A DNA stretch of 64,000 bases. Source: Camelus dromedarius (Eukaryota). Positions 1 to 13,148 of the stretch are shown here, piece by piece. The notes beneath the pieces were generated by a model. It was not told where the DNA came from and did not search any database. It was given only the letters and a program-made list of their open reading frames with translations. Location of the stretch: assembly GCF_036321535.1 (NCBI RefSeq), contig NC_087447.1, forward strand, positions 43,464,001 to 43,528,000, given 5' to 3'. The translations under genes were made by a program, and so were the position numbers. Position 1 is the stretch's first letter. Each line of letters opens with the position of its first letter.

Positions 1-1450
1 CACCAAGATGAAAAGGACATTGAAATTATCTGACAAGAATTTTAAGGCAGCTATCAAACAAATGCTTCAATAAGCAATCATTAATATTTTTGACACAAAT
101 TTTAAAAAAATTTTAAAGAAACATAATTATGAAAAACAACCAAGGGGAATTTCCAGATTTGAAAAATACTATCAGTGAAGTTAAAAATCTGGCTGGATGA
201 GCTCAATAGTAACATGGAGATGACAGAGGGTAGAATTAGTGAACTTGAAAGATGAGTAGAAATGCCTGATCTAAACAAAGAGAAAATGGATTTAAAAAAA
301 AAAACAGAGCTACATGAATCTGTGAGACAATAAAAATTAGATAACATTCATATTTTGGGAGTCTCAGAAAAAAGGAGAAAGGGGACTGAATAAGTATTTT
401 AAAAAATCATGACTGAAAACTTCCAAAATTTGGTGAAATACATAGAGCTACAGATTCAGGAAGCTGAGTTAATCTCAAACAGGTAGAGCCAAAGGGATCC
501 ATATTAAGACATATCATAATTAAAGTTTTCAAAATTAAAATCAAAAAGAAGTCTTGAGATCACTCAGAGAGAAAGGACTTATTACTCACAGGGGGAAAAG
601 CAATATGAAAGAAAGCGAATTTCTCATCTAAAACCATGAAGGCCAGAGGAAGTGGCATAATATTTTTCAAGTACTAAAAGCAAAGAATTTTCAAATGTAA
701 GTTCTACATCTGGCAAAAATACCCTTCAGAAATGAAGGATAAATAAAGACATTTCAGTTGAAGGAAAGCTATGAGAATTTGTTCCTAACAAAACTACCTT
801 TGGGTAACGGCTAAAGACATTCTCTAAACAGAAAGTAAATGATAATAAAAAGACCTGGAAACTCAGTATTTAAAAAATACATAGAAAAGAATGAAAATGA
901 AAAAGTAACTTATGAAAACAAGTGAGATTCAGGTAAAGAAGTGCTGAGAGGAAAATTTGCAGCATTAACTGCTTACATAACTGAAGAGGAATGGTCCTAG
1001 AAAATATAATCTTGAAAGAGAAGAATAAAGTGGTGGGAATCACTCTACTGATACTGACTTAAGTAGCTGTAGTCATCAGGACACTGTGGTAGTGATGAAG
1101 GAATAGATACATAGATAATGAAACTGACTAGAAAACCTAGAGAAAGACCTAGAAGTATGCCCAACTGATTTTTTAAAAAGGTGCAGAAGGAATCTAATGA
1201 CAGAAGGAAAGCTTTTCAATAAAGAGTTCTGGAGCAATTGGATATCCATGGAGGGCGGAAACCACCTCAACCTAAAAATCACACCTTGTACAAGAATTTA
1301 CTCAAAATAGATCATGGAGTTCAATGTAAAATGTAGAACTATAAACTGTAAACCTTTAGAAGAAAAATAGAAATATTCAAGATACAGGACTAGTCAACTG
1401 TAGTCCATAAACAGAAAGATTCATCCAACTGCTATTATGAAAATACTGTG
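1..1450 (+). mobile_element. Old L1M LINE remnant (ORF1 region plus ORF2 fragments)
   Basis: A-rich L1 sense signature such as aaaccatgaaggccagaggaagtggcataatatttttcaag; heavily decayed. Confidence 0.75.
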
Positions 1451-1688
1451 TTCTGAAATGTGTTTTGATTTATTGCATGCTCATATGTATATATGTATAC
1501 ATACATGCATACACACTAACATATGTTTTAAAATATTTAAAATTGTATCCTGTTTGTACTGGGAAAATGGTGATGCCAAGACATATCAGGTGACTTGATA
1601 ATACTTTAAATGCTTTGTACACAAAGTGATGATTTTTATCAAAAGTACTCTACTTTTTCCACTTTCATTTTCCAGCAATCTGTAATTT

Positions 1689-2654
1689 TTAAATGTTCAG
1701 GGTCCGTTTATTTACCATCTGAGGGATGAACCTGTGTGTACTGTCTAGTACCTTCCTTAAGGCTATCTGCATTTCTTCGTTTCTTAGACTGTAAACAATG
1801 GGATTAAGCAGAGGTGTCAGCACTGTGTAGGTCACAGCCCTCAGCATATCTTCACGGAATGAGTCACTGTCCTTGGGCCTCAAGTAGATAAAACCAGCAA
1901 ATCCGTAGTGCATGCACACCACAGTGAGGTGGGAGGAGCAAGTTGAGAAGGCCTTATACCTCCCCTTGGCAGAAGGCATCTTCATAATGATGGACCCAAT
2001 GAAGACATAGGAAATCATAATTAAAATAAAGCTGCCCACCAGCACAAAGGCAGAGAGCATAAATATAGCCATTTCATGATAGGGCGTATAGTCACAAGCC
2101 AGGCAGACCACAGGTGAGATGTCGCAAAAGAAGTGCTGGATGATGTTGGAGTCACAGAAAGACAAGTTGAATACCATGATGACGATGCACAGAGAAACCA
2201 GACACCCAACCACCCAGGAGGCCGTCATCAGCTGAAAGCAGATCTTCCGGGTCATCAAGACGGGGTAGTGCAGCGGGCTGTGAATAGCAGTGTAACGGTC
2301 ATAGGACATGGCAGCCATGATGAAGCAGTTGTTGCCTCCCAAGCCAAAGAAGAAGAACATCTGTGTGGCACACTCAGGAATAGAGATGGTCTTACTATCT
2401 GATAGCAAGTCCACTAACATGCGGGGGATGATTACCATAGTGGTACAGGTTTCTGAAAAGGCCAGGCCACAGAGGAAAAAGTACATGGGGGTGTGCAGGT
2501 GGCGAGTGAGCTTGATGGCCACCATTATGGACACATTTGCAGCAAGAATGGTTGCATGGGAGAAGAAAATCATCACAAAGAGGAGACTCTGCAGGTCTGG
2601 GAAACTGGAAAATCCCCACAGAAGGAAGGTGCTCACTGTGGTGTGATTGCCCAT
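1689..2654 (-). CDS. Olfactory receptor, family 10 (OR10AB1-like), intact, copy A, 321 aa
   Basis: Single-exon ORF with OR motifs: N-terminal NHT sequon, LHTPMYFFL, MSYDRY, HFFCD, KAFSTCSSHL, PLLNPIVYSLRN. Subfamily assigned from recalled sequence style and adjacency to OR5P genes; not verified by search. Confidence 0.95.
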   Translation of the reverse strand: MGNHTTVSTFLLWGFSSFPDLQSLLFVMIFFSHATILAANVSIMVAIKLTRHLHTPMYFFLCGLAFSETCTTMVIIPRMLVDLLSDSKTISIPECATQMFFFFGLGGNNCFIMAAMSYDRYTAIHSPLHYPVLMTRKICFQLMTASWVVGCLVSLCIVIMVFNLSFCDSNIIQHFFCDISPVVCLACDYTPYHEMAIFMLSAFVLVGSFILIMISYVFIGSIIMKMPSAKGRYKAFSTCSSHLTVVCMHYGFAGFIYLRPKDSDSFREDMLRAVTYTVLTPLLNPIVYSLRNEEMQIALRKVLDSTHRFIPQMVNKRTLNI

Positions 2655-4992
2655 CCTCCTGGTGCATGTGGCAACTCTCTTCCAAAGGTGCAGGGTTCCT
2701 GAAGTTAGGACTCTGAGATGGTTATAAAATATCCTTATGTACCAATGTCACCAAGACTTTTAAGACCTGAGCTTCAAGAAACCTCTTCAGAGGAGAGCCT
2801 AAGAAAATGATGCTAAGTGCACTTGACTGAAGTCAAGTTCAGGAATCAGAGTGAGGAGAATGATTCTGGTATGAAAATCTATATAAATGACATACAGTCA
2901 GCCCAAATATCTCCTTGATTATACTCACAAAAGCATTCTTATTTCTCTCTTTTCCAATCAGCATCTGCATGTAAGAGGGAAACATGAATAAATTTGCTTT
3001 GTTCTCACCCACTGGATTTTGTGATGCTACATTTTGCAAATCCTCTTTGAGATAAAATGGCAACCTGGTACTCAGGGGTACTTCATAAACTACTGACTGA
3101 ATGAATAAAATAATCCAATCACTTAAATCACTTAAAGTGAATATAACATTTTTTTTTTTAAAAAATTAGGCAGATCAGTGAAATTCTTCAGAAGAACTTT
3201 GATGTTTCCTTCAGCGAAATCCTCTTTTTATCAGTGTTTCACCCTGCAGTGGCTCCAAAAGTAATGATTGTGGCCATGACCTGACCACAAAAATGAATTT
3301 AACATGTTGTAACTTCTACTAGGTTTTATCCATAGTAATAATTAAAGCTTGAGACTTAAAATACCATTAGTTCTTAATACATATCAATAATTGTAAGTAA
3401 TTAATAATTTCTCATTAAAGGTCTTTTTCCGGTTGCCTAATATATTAATGGACTAGCCTCGAGTCAAGATAATTTTGAAGTTACTGTCTTGTTTAGAATG
3501 GCATATTCTGGTCATAATGTTCTAATCAAATTTTGGATTTTTTTAGCAAAACCTCCAGGACATTTTGTAGCAGGTGTACTTGTTATGTGGTTTGCTTTGA
3601 AGTGCAGATCTGAATGGACTAAACCCAAATTCCTTGGATCAATTTTGTAAAGTATATTCCTATTTCAATTATTCATTAATCATCCAATCCTGTAAGAGAT
3701 GAGGGCAGAAAAAAATGACATGAAGACATTTCATGGAATTTTGATTTTAACTTCAGTCATTGTTAAATGTGCAGGGAAAGAAAAATAGTAACGAATCAGT
3801 GGTGGAAAATGAAAGTTTGTGCAAGAGAAAGAGAAACACTGCTGGAAATTATTCTGTAGGACTAACAAATGTATTGTGACTTGAAGGGTTACTGGTTTCT
3901 CTTTGCATTGTAGTTATGGGCAAGGATTGATTACAAGAGGAATCATACCAGGTAACCAGCACCCACCTAATACCTATAATGTGCCGGACAATATGGTGGA
4001 GTTAGACAGAGCTGTCTCATGTAGTCCTCACAAGTCTATGTGTTTGGAATTTTCATTCTGATTTTATAGACAATAAAGTGAGGTACAGAGTGGTTAAATG
4101 ACTATAGAAGTCATGAATTTTTTTAACACTAACTAAATGCTTATCACTGGCCAGGCAATTTTACACTTGGGAAACGCAATATGTAACCAGACACATGGGA
4201 TCACTGTGACCCTCTCTGTGATGTGAGAGTGAATGATTACTTCGGTTTGTGGAGTCAGGGAAGCCCTCTCTGGGGAGGTAACATGCTTAAATGGAGAACA
4301 GAATGTCAGTTAGCAACCAAAAGGTAAAAAACAGGGTAGTCAGCATTACAGGCACAATTTACAGCTAAAACAAAGACCCTAAGATGGCAATTATCTACCC
4401 TAGCGATCTTCAACCTAGACGCATGTGTTTTACCTTTGAGACAACTCTACACTCTTTCCTTGAAGATTTTTCAGTCTATTTACCTTTAAAGGAAGTATTT
4501 TTCCATTCTTATTGTTTTAACTATCACTTACCTTGTATGTCTCTCCAATTCCCACCTCTACCCTAAAGGACTCTCCAATTTCCTTTGGCACATTTCCAGG
4601 CCAAAATGTCCTGCAAGTATTGAATGTAAGATTTTTCAGAACAGAACTGGCCATATTTCTGCCACATGTCAGTTTCTTCCTGTATTTCCTATTTGAATTA
4701 GTTGCAGACATCAGAGAGCTACCATCATACCCCAATTTTGATTTCTTCCTCATCTTTATACACCTAAGTTAACCTCCCAAATTCCAGATGCCTTTTTGTC
4801 ATCATCTTTTTTGTTGTTTGTTTTTTGTTTTTATTCTTTCTGCTATTGTTCCGGACCTATTACACGGGGTGAATATGGTGCCTCCATAGTTGTCTCCTAG
4901 TTTGTTGGATTTTAATTTCATTCACCACATTGTGACCAGATATTGGATTCCTAAACACAGGATACATTAAGTCACTAATAGTGTCAATAATA

Positions 4993-5154
4993 ACCGTATG
5001 ATCCTTTAATCCCACTGCTGGTCATACATTGAGAGAAAACTCTAATTCAAAAAGATACACACACCCCAATGTTTACAGCAGCACTATTTATGATAGCCAA
5101 GACATGGAAATAACCTAAACGTCCATCGACAGATGATTGGATAAAGAAGATGTG

Positions 5155-5192
<38 letters not shown>

Positions 5193-5636
5193 ATGGAATA
5201 GTATTGAGCCATAAAAAATAAAATAATGCCATTTGCAGCAACATGGGTGGACCTAGAGATTATCATACTAAATGAAGTCAGACAAAGACAGATATCATGG
5301 TGTCACTTATATGTGGAATCTAAAAAAAATGATACATACAAATTAACTTATTTATAAAACAGAAAGAGACTCATAGACTTAAAAAACAAAGCTATGGTTA
5401 CCAAAGGGGGAAAGGGGTGTGAGGGGTGAATTAAGAGTTTGGAATTATCAGATACAAACTACTATATATAAAATAGATAAACAGCAAGTTCCTACTGTAT
5501 AGCACAGGGAACTACATTCAATATCTTGTAATCTATAATGAAAAAAAATATATGTATAACTAAATCACTATGCTGTATGCCAGACACTAATACAGTATTG
5601 TAAATCAACCATAAAAGAAAGAAAATGCAAAAAAAA
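4993..5636 (+). mobile_element. 5'-truncated L1 3' end with target-site duplication (TSD), left arm only
   Basis: L1 ORF2 C-terminus and 3'UTR with A tail. TSD agtgtcaa(t/a)aata at 4980-4992 and 5637-5649. Empty site in the right arm near 58730-58745. Confidence 0.88.
5161..5190. repeat. (CA)n microsatellite, about 15 units, inside L1
   Basis: Directly visible. Confidence 0.95.
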
Positions 5637-6327
5637 AGTGTCAAAAATAGTGAATGACTACATACTGCTTATAGGAGGAAATCAGATAGCCCAGCATGAT
5701 ATTTGATGCTCATCACAAATAGCTCCCAAGGCACTGCTCCTGGCTCATTTTCCACCACATCCCTCCACCTACCCTACACTCAAACAGTAGTGCCCTCTAG
5801 TTTCCAAACATATAATACTTCATGCTGATGTGCTTCTGCACATGGGGTTCCCTCTGCCACAACTTCTCCTCCATTTTCTTTCTTTCTTTTTTTTTTTTTT
5901 GGCATTCTTTTTTATTTAAGTATAGTCAGTTTATAATGTTGTGTCAATTTCTGGTGTGCAGCAATATTTTGTTGTTTTCATAGTATAACTTTTGTACTTC
6001 TTTTGTTAAATTTATTCCTAAGTAATAAATTGTGGGGTTTTTTTTCCATTTTATTTTCTATCAGACTTTTACTCATTTTTTAGGACCTAGCTTGAATTAC
6101 TTTGATTCCTCATCCCCCGGGTTGCCCACATTTTCTAGATTCCAGGATCCTAACTAAAAAATGTCTCCTGCATTCTAGTCCATCACTTGTGGATTTTTGC
6201 TACAACCTCTACTTTCCCTCTTTCAGTCCTTTCCTTCACCTACTACCAGCTTTTCTATGTCCAATCTACAATCATTCTACATCTCATAACCTCTCTCATT
6301 AATTTTGGTTGAGAACTTTTGACTTTT

Positions 6328-6758
6328 TTTTTTTTTAACATTTTTTATTGATTTATAATCATTTTACAATGTTGTGTCAAATTCCAGTGTAGAGCACAAT
6401 TTTTCAGTTATACATGAACATATATATATTCATTGTCACATTTTTTTTCTCTGTGAGCTACCATAAGATCTTGTGTATATTTCCCTGTGCTATACAGTAT
6501 AATCTTGTTTATCTGTTCTACAATTTTGAAATCCCAGTCTATCTCTTCCCACTCCCCGCCCCCTTGGCAACCACAAGTTTATATTCTATGTCTGTGAGTC
6601 TATTTCTGTTTTGTATTTATGCGTTGTTTTTTTTTTCTTTTTTAGATTCCACATATGAACGATCTCATGTGGTATTTTTCTTTCTCTTTCTGGCTTACTT
6701 CACTTAGAATGACATTCTTCAGGAGCATCCATGTTGCTGCAAATGGTGTTATGTTGTC
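6328..6758 (-). mobile_element. Young 5'-truncated L1 3' end with perfect TSD, left arm only
   Basis: Poly-T then L1 3'UTR antisense. Flanked by ggttgagaacttttgactttt at 6307-6327 and 6759-6779. Empty site near 57405-57425. Confidence 0.9.
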
Positions 6759-8429
6759 GGTTGAGAACTTTTGACTTTTATCATACTTTTCATGTATGTT
6801 AATGATAACATGTTTTTTCATATATCCTAGAACAGCAGTGATGGAAGATTCTGTCAGTATGGCATTATTTCCATTCTCCCCAGTCACTCTGGCAGGCACT
6901 GGAGAACAAGATGCTTGGAACATTTTTTCAGCCCTTCTGTTTATTTTTCCCAAGCCTTACCCTCTTTATTCACCTGGCTTTGCCTTGAGTTTGCCATTCT
7001 GTTCTCTTTTCAGTTCTTGAGATCTTCCCCCTGTACAGTTTTCTGGGTTGCATCTCTGCCAGGAGTAGGGAATTGATAACATTCTTAATTTCCAGCTTAT
7101 CCATTTTCATAGTTTCTATAATATTTTATAACAGGCTTTTAACACCCGTGGGTACTTAATTATTAGAAGGCACAGAATAATGTTCATTATAAAGAGAAAC
7201 AACTCTAAAATTCCTACCTTTCACAGAAGGAAAATCACCTTCCATTCCCATAAAATCACGAGTTCATTAAGCTGGAGGAAGACCTTAGTCTCACAATTCA
7301 GGCATGGCTTTCTGCAGTACTTCCTGTGATTTCATGTGTCTTACAATTTTGGGGGTAAGTTTTAAGGCAACTCTTCCCTTTGAATGCCTGTGATGAGTCC
7401 CCTTCGACATTACTCTCCTATAATATAAAAGGTTGTGTCTTCTCCTTTCCTTAAAAAAGAAGATTTTAATGAGAGTCCTTGGAGACCATTATCTTGAGAC
7501 TACTACTTTAGATGCCAGGAGTCTGTGGATCTGTCATCCCATGTGATGTCCTCAAAAATATTTTAAAAATCCTGACATACCACAGAGACTTTTTTTTAGT
7601 GATGTTTGCACTTACAATTTTGAATAACGATTGAAGTGATGGAGACTTAACTTGTTAAAAAAAAATCTTGTCTTGTAGATGATTCCCTCAGGGATATTCT
7701 GCTTCCTGTACAATATCATTTATTTTGTAATTCTGAAAATTTGCTGAGTCTTTGCGGTCTCCTCTTCCCAATACATGAGGGAATGGCATGTCATGAGAAG
7801 CTAATGCCTGGAGACGCATCCAGAAAAGGAGAGTAGAGCATGAACACATAGTATGAGCACTGTGATTGCTTTCTCAAGAGGCAGCTCTGCTGGGAAAGAC
7901 CTTGTTGAAAAACAAAATCCCCAATTATTGCATTGCCATTTGTGATATCCACAAATGCCGTCTAATTGCCTCTCTCATCAGCTTTGGCCTTTAAAGTCTT
8001 CCACCACCTGTATTATCTTCCCTAATGTGCTATCAGGTCTTGTCTCCAGTATCTGCTCTCACAATCTCAAGGTAGTGGCAAGACAGTCAATACACTGTCT
8101 CCTGTTTAAATTCTGCACTTTGCTTGTTCTGTAGTCTGTTTTGTCTGTTTGAAAATCCCTTATCCTGAGTTTACCCGTCCAAACTCTTGTCCATTCTTTA
8201 AAATTCAGAACAAGTGCCACCTATCCAAGAATCCCTTTGTTTGCATAAGGTTAAAAACCGAGGGAGAAATTAGTCTTTATGTAGGATTTCTGTAAGGAGA
8301 GGCACTTACTGTGGATGGCCTCCACTGGATTCCAGACTCTCAGTGCTAACAGATGTGGTGTAGTTACCTCGGTAGTTGTAGATAAAGCTTTAAAAAAAAA
8401 AAAAAAAGCTAGCTAGACAGTTTTGTGTC

Positions 8430-8880
8430 TTTCCTAGATCTCTCGTACCAGACCAATGAACACATCTCCATTTTCTCTGAGACCTGGCTGCTAATGTTCA
8501 CAGCCATAGTCTTTTGAGGATTGTACTTCACTGAAAGGAGCATGAGTGACTGGATATTTCTGGGAGCGTATATGCCCTCACTCCCAAGGTGCCCCATAGC
8601 CAACCACTGAATGAAAGAACGACTTAGAAACAACAACGGCAAACACACCCTACCGTTACATGGTGGGGCAGCTCTGCAGTGCCGTTCATGCTCCAGTGCT
8701 CTCTGGGGACCAGACTGAATCTACACTTCAGCAGACCCCACATCTTTACCTGGCTTCACCTCATTCTTTGTCCTGCTTCTCTCATTTTTACACTTTTCCT
8801 CTGGGATCACTCCTCACTAAATGTCTTGCAAACAAACTGCTGATTAAGGCTCTGCTTTTGGAAAAGTGTTGTAAAACAGT
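8430..8880 (+). mobile_element. ERVL solo LTR (LTR16-like); inverted counterpart at about 54870-55300
   Basis: 3' end resembles the recalled LTR16-type terminus (cttgca...aggctctgctttt...aaaaca). Confidence 0.55.
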
Positions 8881-9559
8881 CTCAATGCATACATAGGAAT
8901 GAAGACTGCATGTCCTTTACTATGCACACTCAAAATTTAAAAAACAGTTGAAAAAACAAGTATAGACACTCAGTTCTGATTGCTGGCCCACATTCCTTCT
9001 CAAAGGGAAGCTAGTTATAACCATAACCATCATTGCCGGTTATACAGACCGAATTTCTCTCTATGAGACTAATTGCATTTGTTCCTTGTGGTGCTCGGAT
9101 TTATGCCTCTTGCTAAGTGACTCTGATTAGTAGAGACGGTATATTTTTCTTATGCAACTGTTCAGAGGACAGTGTGAATTCTGAGTTAATATAATTAATT
9201 TTCTATGGATGTCTGTGATGCAATCTGCCAAAGACGGATGAGGCCGCACGACGCTGCTGCTCTGTGTCTCTACCTTAAATCATCAGTTTATCTTTGCTGT
9301 TATTTTTATCCACTGCTCTTTCAAATGCAATGTCGCTCAGCTACAGGAAGGCTAATAGAAATAAGTGTCATTTCCTGCTAAATAATGGAGCTACATAATT
9401 CTCAATTGTGAGGAAATGTGCATATTAGATTTTTTTTTAATAACACTTTTAACCATCTTCCCAGAAATGGAAATGTAGAGCATTAATCACGAGCCAGTAT
9501 ATATATTTTTTAAATTGAGCAGATATTGGGAAATAAAGAAAGCCTGAACTTATTTTAAT

Positions 9560-10460
9560 ATTTTCAATTACATAAAGTATATTCTATAAATGCAATAAAG
9601 CTAGAAATCAATAACAAAAAGACAGCTATAAAACACCCATATATTTGGAAATGAATACACCATTAAAGAATGGATAGGACAAGGAAAAAACAGAAATTAG
9701 AAAACACCGAAATAATATATATATAAAACTTGTGCTATCGGTATATTAGTTCTTAGAAGGAAACTTATTCTAGAAATGATAGAAAAGAAAAAAGCTAAAT
9801 TTAATAACGTTTGCATTAATTTTCATAGGTAGAAAAAATAGTAATATAAAACCCAGAGTTGTATAATAGTTATAAAATTACTAATGGATATTAATCAAAT
9901 AAAAAATCAACACAAAATAGAGATGACCAAAAATTCCAAATATTTGTTTTTTAGTGATGTATTGGACTTATTATGGCAATTTTGGGGGGAAAGAAAGCCT
10001 AAATAATCAAAATAAGAAAGGTATAACTACAGACTTGTGGATATTGATAAGATCAGAAGAGTAATTGTGAATCTCAGAGCAATTATGCAAGAAAAAAGAA
10101 GTAAAAGGTATTCAAATTGGAAAGGAAGAAGTAAATCTCTCAGTGTTTGCAGATGATACAATATTATATATAGAAAACCATAAAGATTCCACCATAAAAC
10201 TGTTAGAATTTATAAATGAATTCAGTGAAGTTGCAGGATGCAAAATCAATATGTATAAAAATCAGTTGTGTTTCTATACACTAATGCACTATCAGCAAGA
10301 GAAATTAAGAGAACTGACCATTACCACTGCTTCAAAAAGAATAAAGTATTTGCAAACTATATATTGGACAAGGCGTTAATATTCAAAATATATAAAGAAA
10401 TCATACAACTCAATAGCAAGTAATTCGATTGAAAAATGGGCAGAAGATCTGAATAGACAT
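9560..10460 (+). mobile_element. Old L1 ORF2 fragments
   Basis: ORF 10143-10379 contains the L1 RT motif FADD ([11 protein letters not shown]). Confidence 0.8.
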
Positions 10461-12544
10461 TTTGTTTGTTTGATTTTTCCAGTCATCATTGACCATGCTG
10501 CATTTATAAGTGGAAACCCCTTATGAACAAATTATATCTGCTTGAATGGCACCTCAGGAAATAATACCTGTGGGGCACCTCATTACATTCGTTGGGTTGA
10601 TATCTCTGGTATTTTAACTTGGAAGACAATGTAAATGTTCTGTGTCCCAGAGCAACTTAAGGACTGAGTGTTCTGTGAGAGCTCTTGAGGAGCTCCGCTT
10701 CTGACTTGGTCCAAGCCTGACCACAGCTGCAGCCTGCAAAGCACCTTTGAGTGCTGACTTGATCCAACCAAACATTCAGAAATCATTTTAAAGGCACTTT
10801 AATGGCTGCTTCTTGCCCATGAGCTCCTGCCAGACAATCCACTGACCAGTCCTCCTAGATGACAAAATCTATCAGCCGTCATCACCAGAATCTAGCTCAT
10901 TCTTTAAAATATATTGGATAGGTAGAGCTTATATATCGTTTTTTTAAGTGGGAAGATAGTAATACAGTCCAAGTCTACTTAAAATTCAACCTAGTTTCAC
11001 AAAGTACCACTGTATCATGTCACAACCCACCAAGGATTTCAAAGTATCTCGTTATGCAGTATTACCGAATTCATGGATCAGTGTGTCTGTTTATGGTATA
11101 CAGTGGTAACTGTACTGCATTAGACAGGACTTCTCATTTCCTTGCACTTTGCAAAAACATGAAGTGTAACATGTAAACATGTTAAAGATTCATAATAACT
11201 GACTAATGATTTTTCACTTAGCAAAATCAACTAAAAGAGCACAGCATTTTAGAGAATAGTTACTTCCTGGCTGAGAAGTTGCCTGAGTGAAGTTTGAAAA
11301 CAGGAGGAGAGGAGTGGAAGGTGAAGTCACTCCCTCTGCTTGGTGATAGCTGAAGGTGAGCAAAAGTGGCCTGGAAAAGGAGAGAGTGAAAGAATAGATA
11401 CCTAAGATTTCTTCATGTGTGAATTCAAGGAATGAGTAGACAATATTTTCTCCTCAGTGTTCAAAAATCAAATTGCAGAACTGGGAACTAACATGTAAGC
11501 CATAGAAGAGCAATTAGACTAAAAAGATACCAAAGAAACTCAAAATAGAGACGTACTTTCATTTCCTTTGCTTGCAATTGTACGATTCTTGATAACTAAT
11601 ATTTTCCCTGTAATTATATTTTGAATGTGATGTTCCTGGTTATGCTATTATTACACATACTTGCAACAGAAGTATTTTTTTCCAAAGATCTAAAATTTCT
11701 GTTGAATATTAGGCTTCTCCTCTTCATGTATAAGGAATAATATACTCAAAAGACATAGACAGGCTTTTCCTCTGACTTATTCATCTTTCTCTATATACTT
11801 TATCACCTTTTTTCCCCCCAAATGCATGGACTTTAATAAGCCTTTTTAGCTTCACCTACTTTCCTCCCAGGCTTTTCTACTTTATTAAAATAAACTGTCT
11901 ATAGAAATGTGCAGATGATGATGATGGTGCTCGATTTTTTTTTTAACTCAAGCATGAAGTGGAATTCTATTTGGAGACAAGCTAAGATGTGACTGCAGCA
12001 CCCACTACACCTTCTCACCTAGACTCACAGACAACTTAAACTTTTTTTACTGATTTGAACATGTGAATTAATTACAGTGTTTGTCCCTTTTCTGATAGTG
12101 AATTTTGAGTAAACATTTCTATAATATGTTGTAAGAAATGTTTGGATAGTAAGTGTTTAGAATGAATGTGTTATCTATGTTAGAAACTGAGTGTGGGAAC
12201 TTCCAGTGACCTACCTGGAATGAAATTATGGTAGAATACTGCTTTCCCTAGGCTTTTCAGCCTAAAGGAATGCCTGCAGTGCACTTCAGTAATGTCTTTC
12301 CTGTACAGTGCTTCCTTTCCATTTTCACTGCCACTTCTGCCACTGCTTAAATTTTGTTGTGTGTAATCCCATTGGAATTACTGTAACAAATGCATCAACG
12401 TTCTTCCTGCTTCTGGTATAAGCTTCAGTTTTGGAGCTTGATAATATTTTCATATTTAAAAATAATTCATATTTTCATGTAAATTAAATAATATATGGGT
12501 ATACCAGAAATAAGAATAGAAAAATGCAAAAAAACCTATCGGTG

Positions 12545-13000
12545 CTAGGTATCTCATGTTTGTGTTCCCAGGACAAATTTCTACCCATTTCCACCTGATT
12601 TAATCCCAAGAGGCCGATTTTTATGGACTGTATCAATAGGCTCCCTTGCTGATGGCTTCTGGTTTGGTTAATTAGTGTGTGAGTACCGGCAGAAATGTAC
12701 TGAGGTTTGGCTGCTTACCTGCTTCTTCCCTTCTGGATCACCTGGGTTGACCAGAATTCTTTACAGAAGGCTACAGCTCCTGACAGGTAGTCCTGTCATC
12801 ATAGCTCTCCAGGTTCCAGTAATTGCCCACATCCTTACCTCTTCAGGTCTTGGGCTAATCAATAGCCCTAGAGTGCAGAATTACCCTTGAAGTTTTTCTG
12901 AAATCCTGGTACAACTTTGTAAATAGTCCCTTTGTTAAGCTCTCCTTAGTTATCTAGACTGAGCGAGCCATCTACTTCCTTCAGATACCCTGTTTGATAC
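12545..13000 (+). mobile_element. ERVL solo LTR (LTR33-like)
   Basis: Ends aaatagtccctttgttaagctctcc...gccatctacttcc...ccctgtttgataca, as recalled for this family. Confidence 0.55.
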
Positions 13001-13148
13001 ACTATTTTCCATACGTTATCTCTTGCTAAACCTCAATATTTATTCTCCCAGGTTTTTTTTTTTTGCCAACCCCCCCAAATCTCTTTTTTTTTTACAAAAT
13101 AAAATCATTTTATAAATATAAATTTATGAAAAGATTTATTTCCCATGT

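Larger units (their letters stand above)
1..9420 (-). repeat. Left arm of inverted segmental duplication (runs off window start)
   Basis: Colinear reverse-complement homology to about 54350-63650 across L1 remnant, OR10 exon, upstream unique DNA and an LTR16-like element. Confidence 0.88.

Noticed and set aside
2270..2310. Non-canonical MSYDRYTAIH motif (His for the usual Cys) and AN instead of GN in TM1 of the OR10 genes as signs of decay
   Set aside because: Shared by both intact copies and plausibly a subfamily trait; it cannot be called deleterious without an ortholog alignment.
2021..2702. Overlapping alternative-frame and antisense ORFs repeated in paralogues (also 20566-20987, 36716-37137, 60967-61648)
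   Set aside because: These are shadows of the OR coding sequences; their recurrence follows from DNA identity of the duplicates.
2839..3063. Similar short ORF in both arms (also 60459-60782)
   Set aside because: Non-ATG starts, a frameshift between copies and no recognisable domain. It lies in a homogenised, probably intronic tract.
10480..12540. Apparently unique DNA as an additional gene or OR remnant (also 43000-43740)
   Set aside because: No OR motifs or credible ORF seen; isolated splice-like motifs are not enough. A translated search would be needed to exclude a very decayed remnant.
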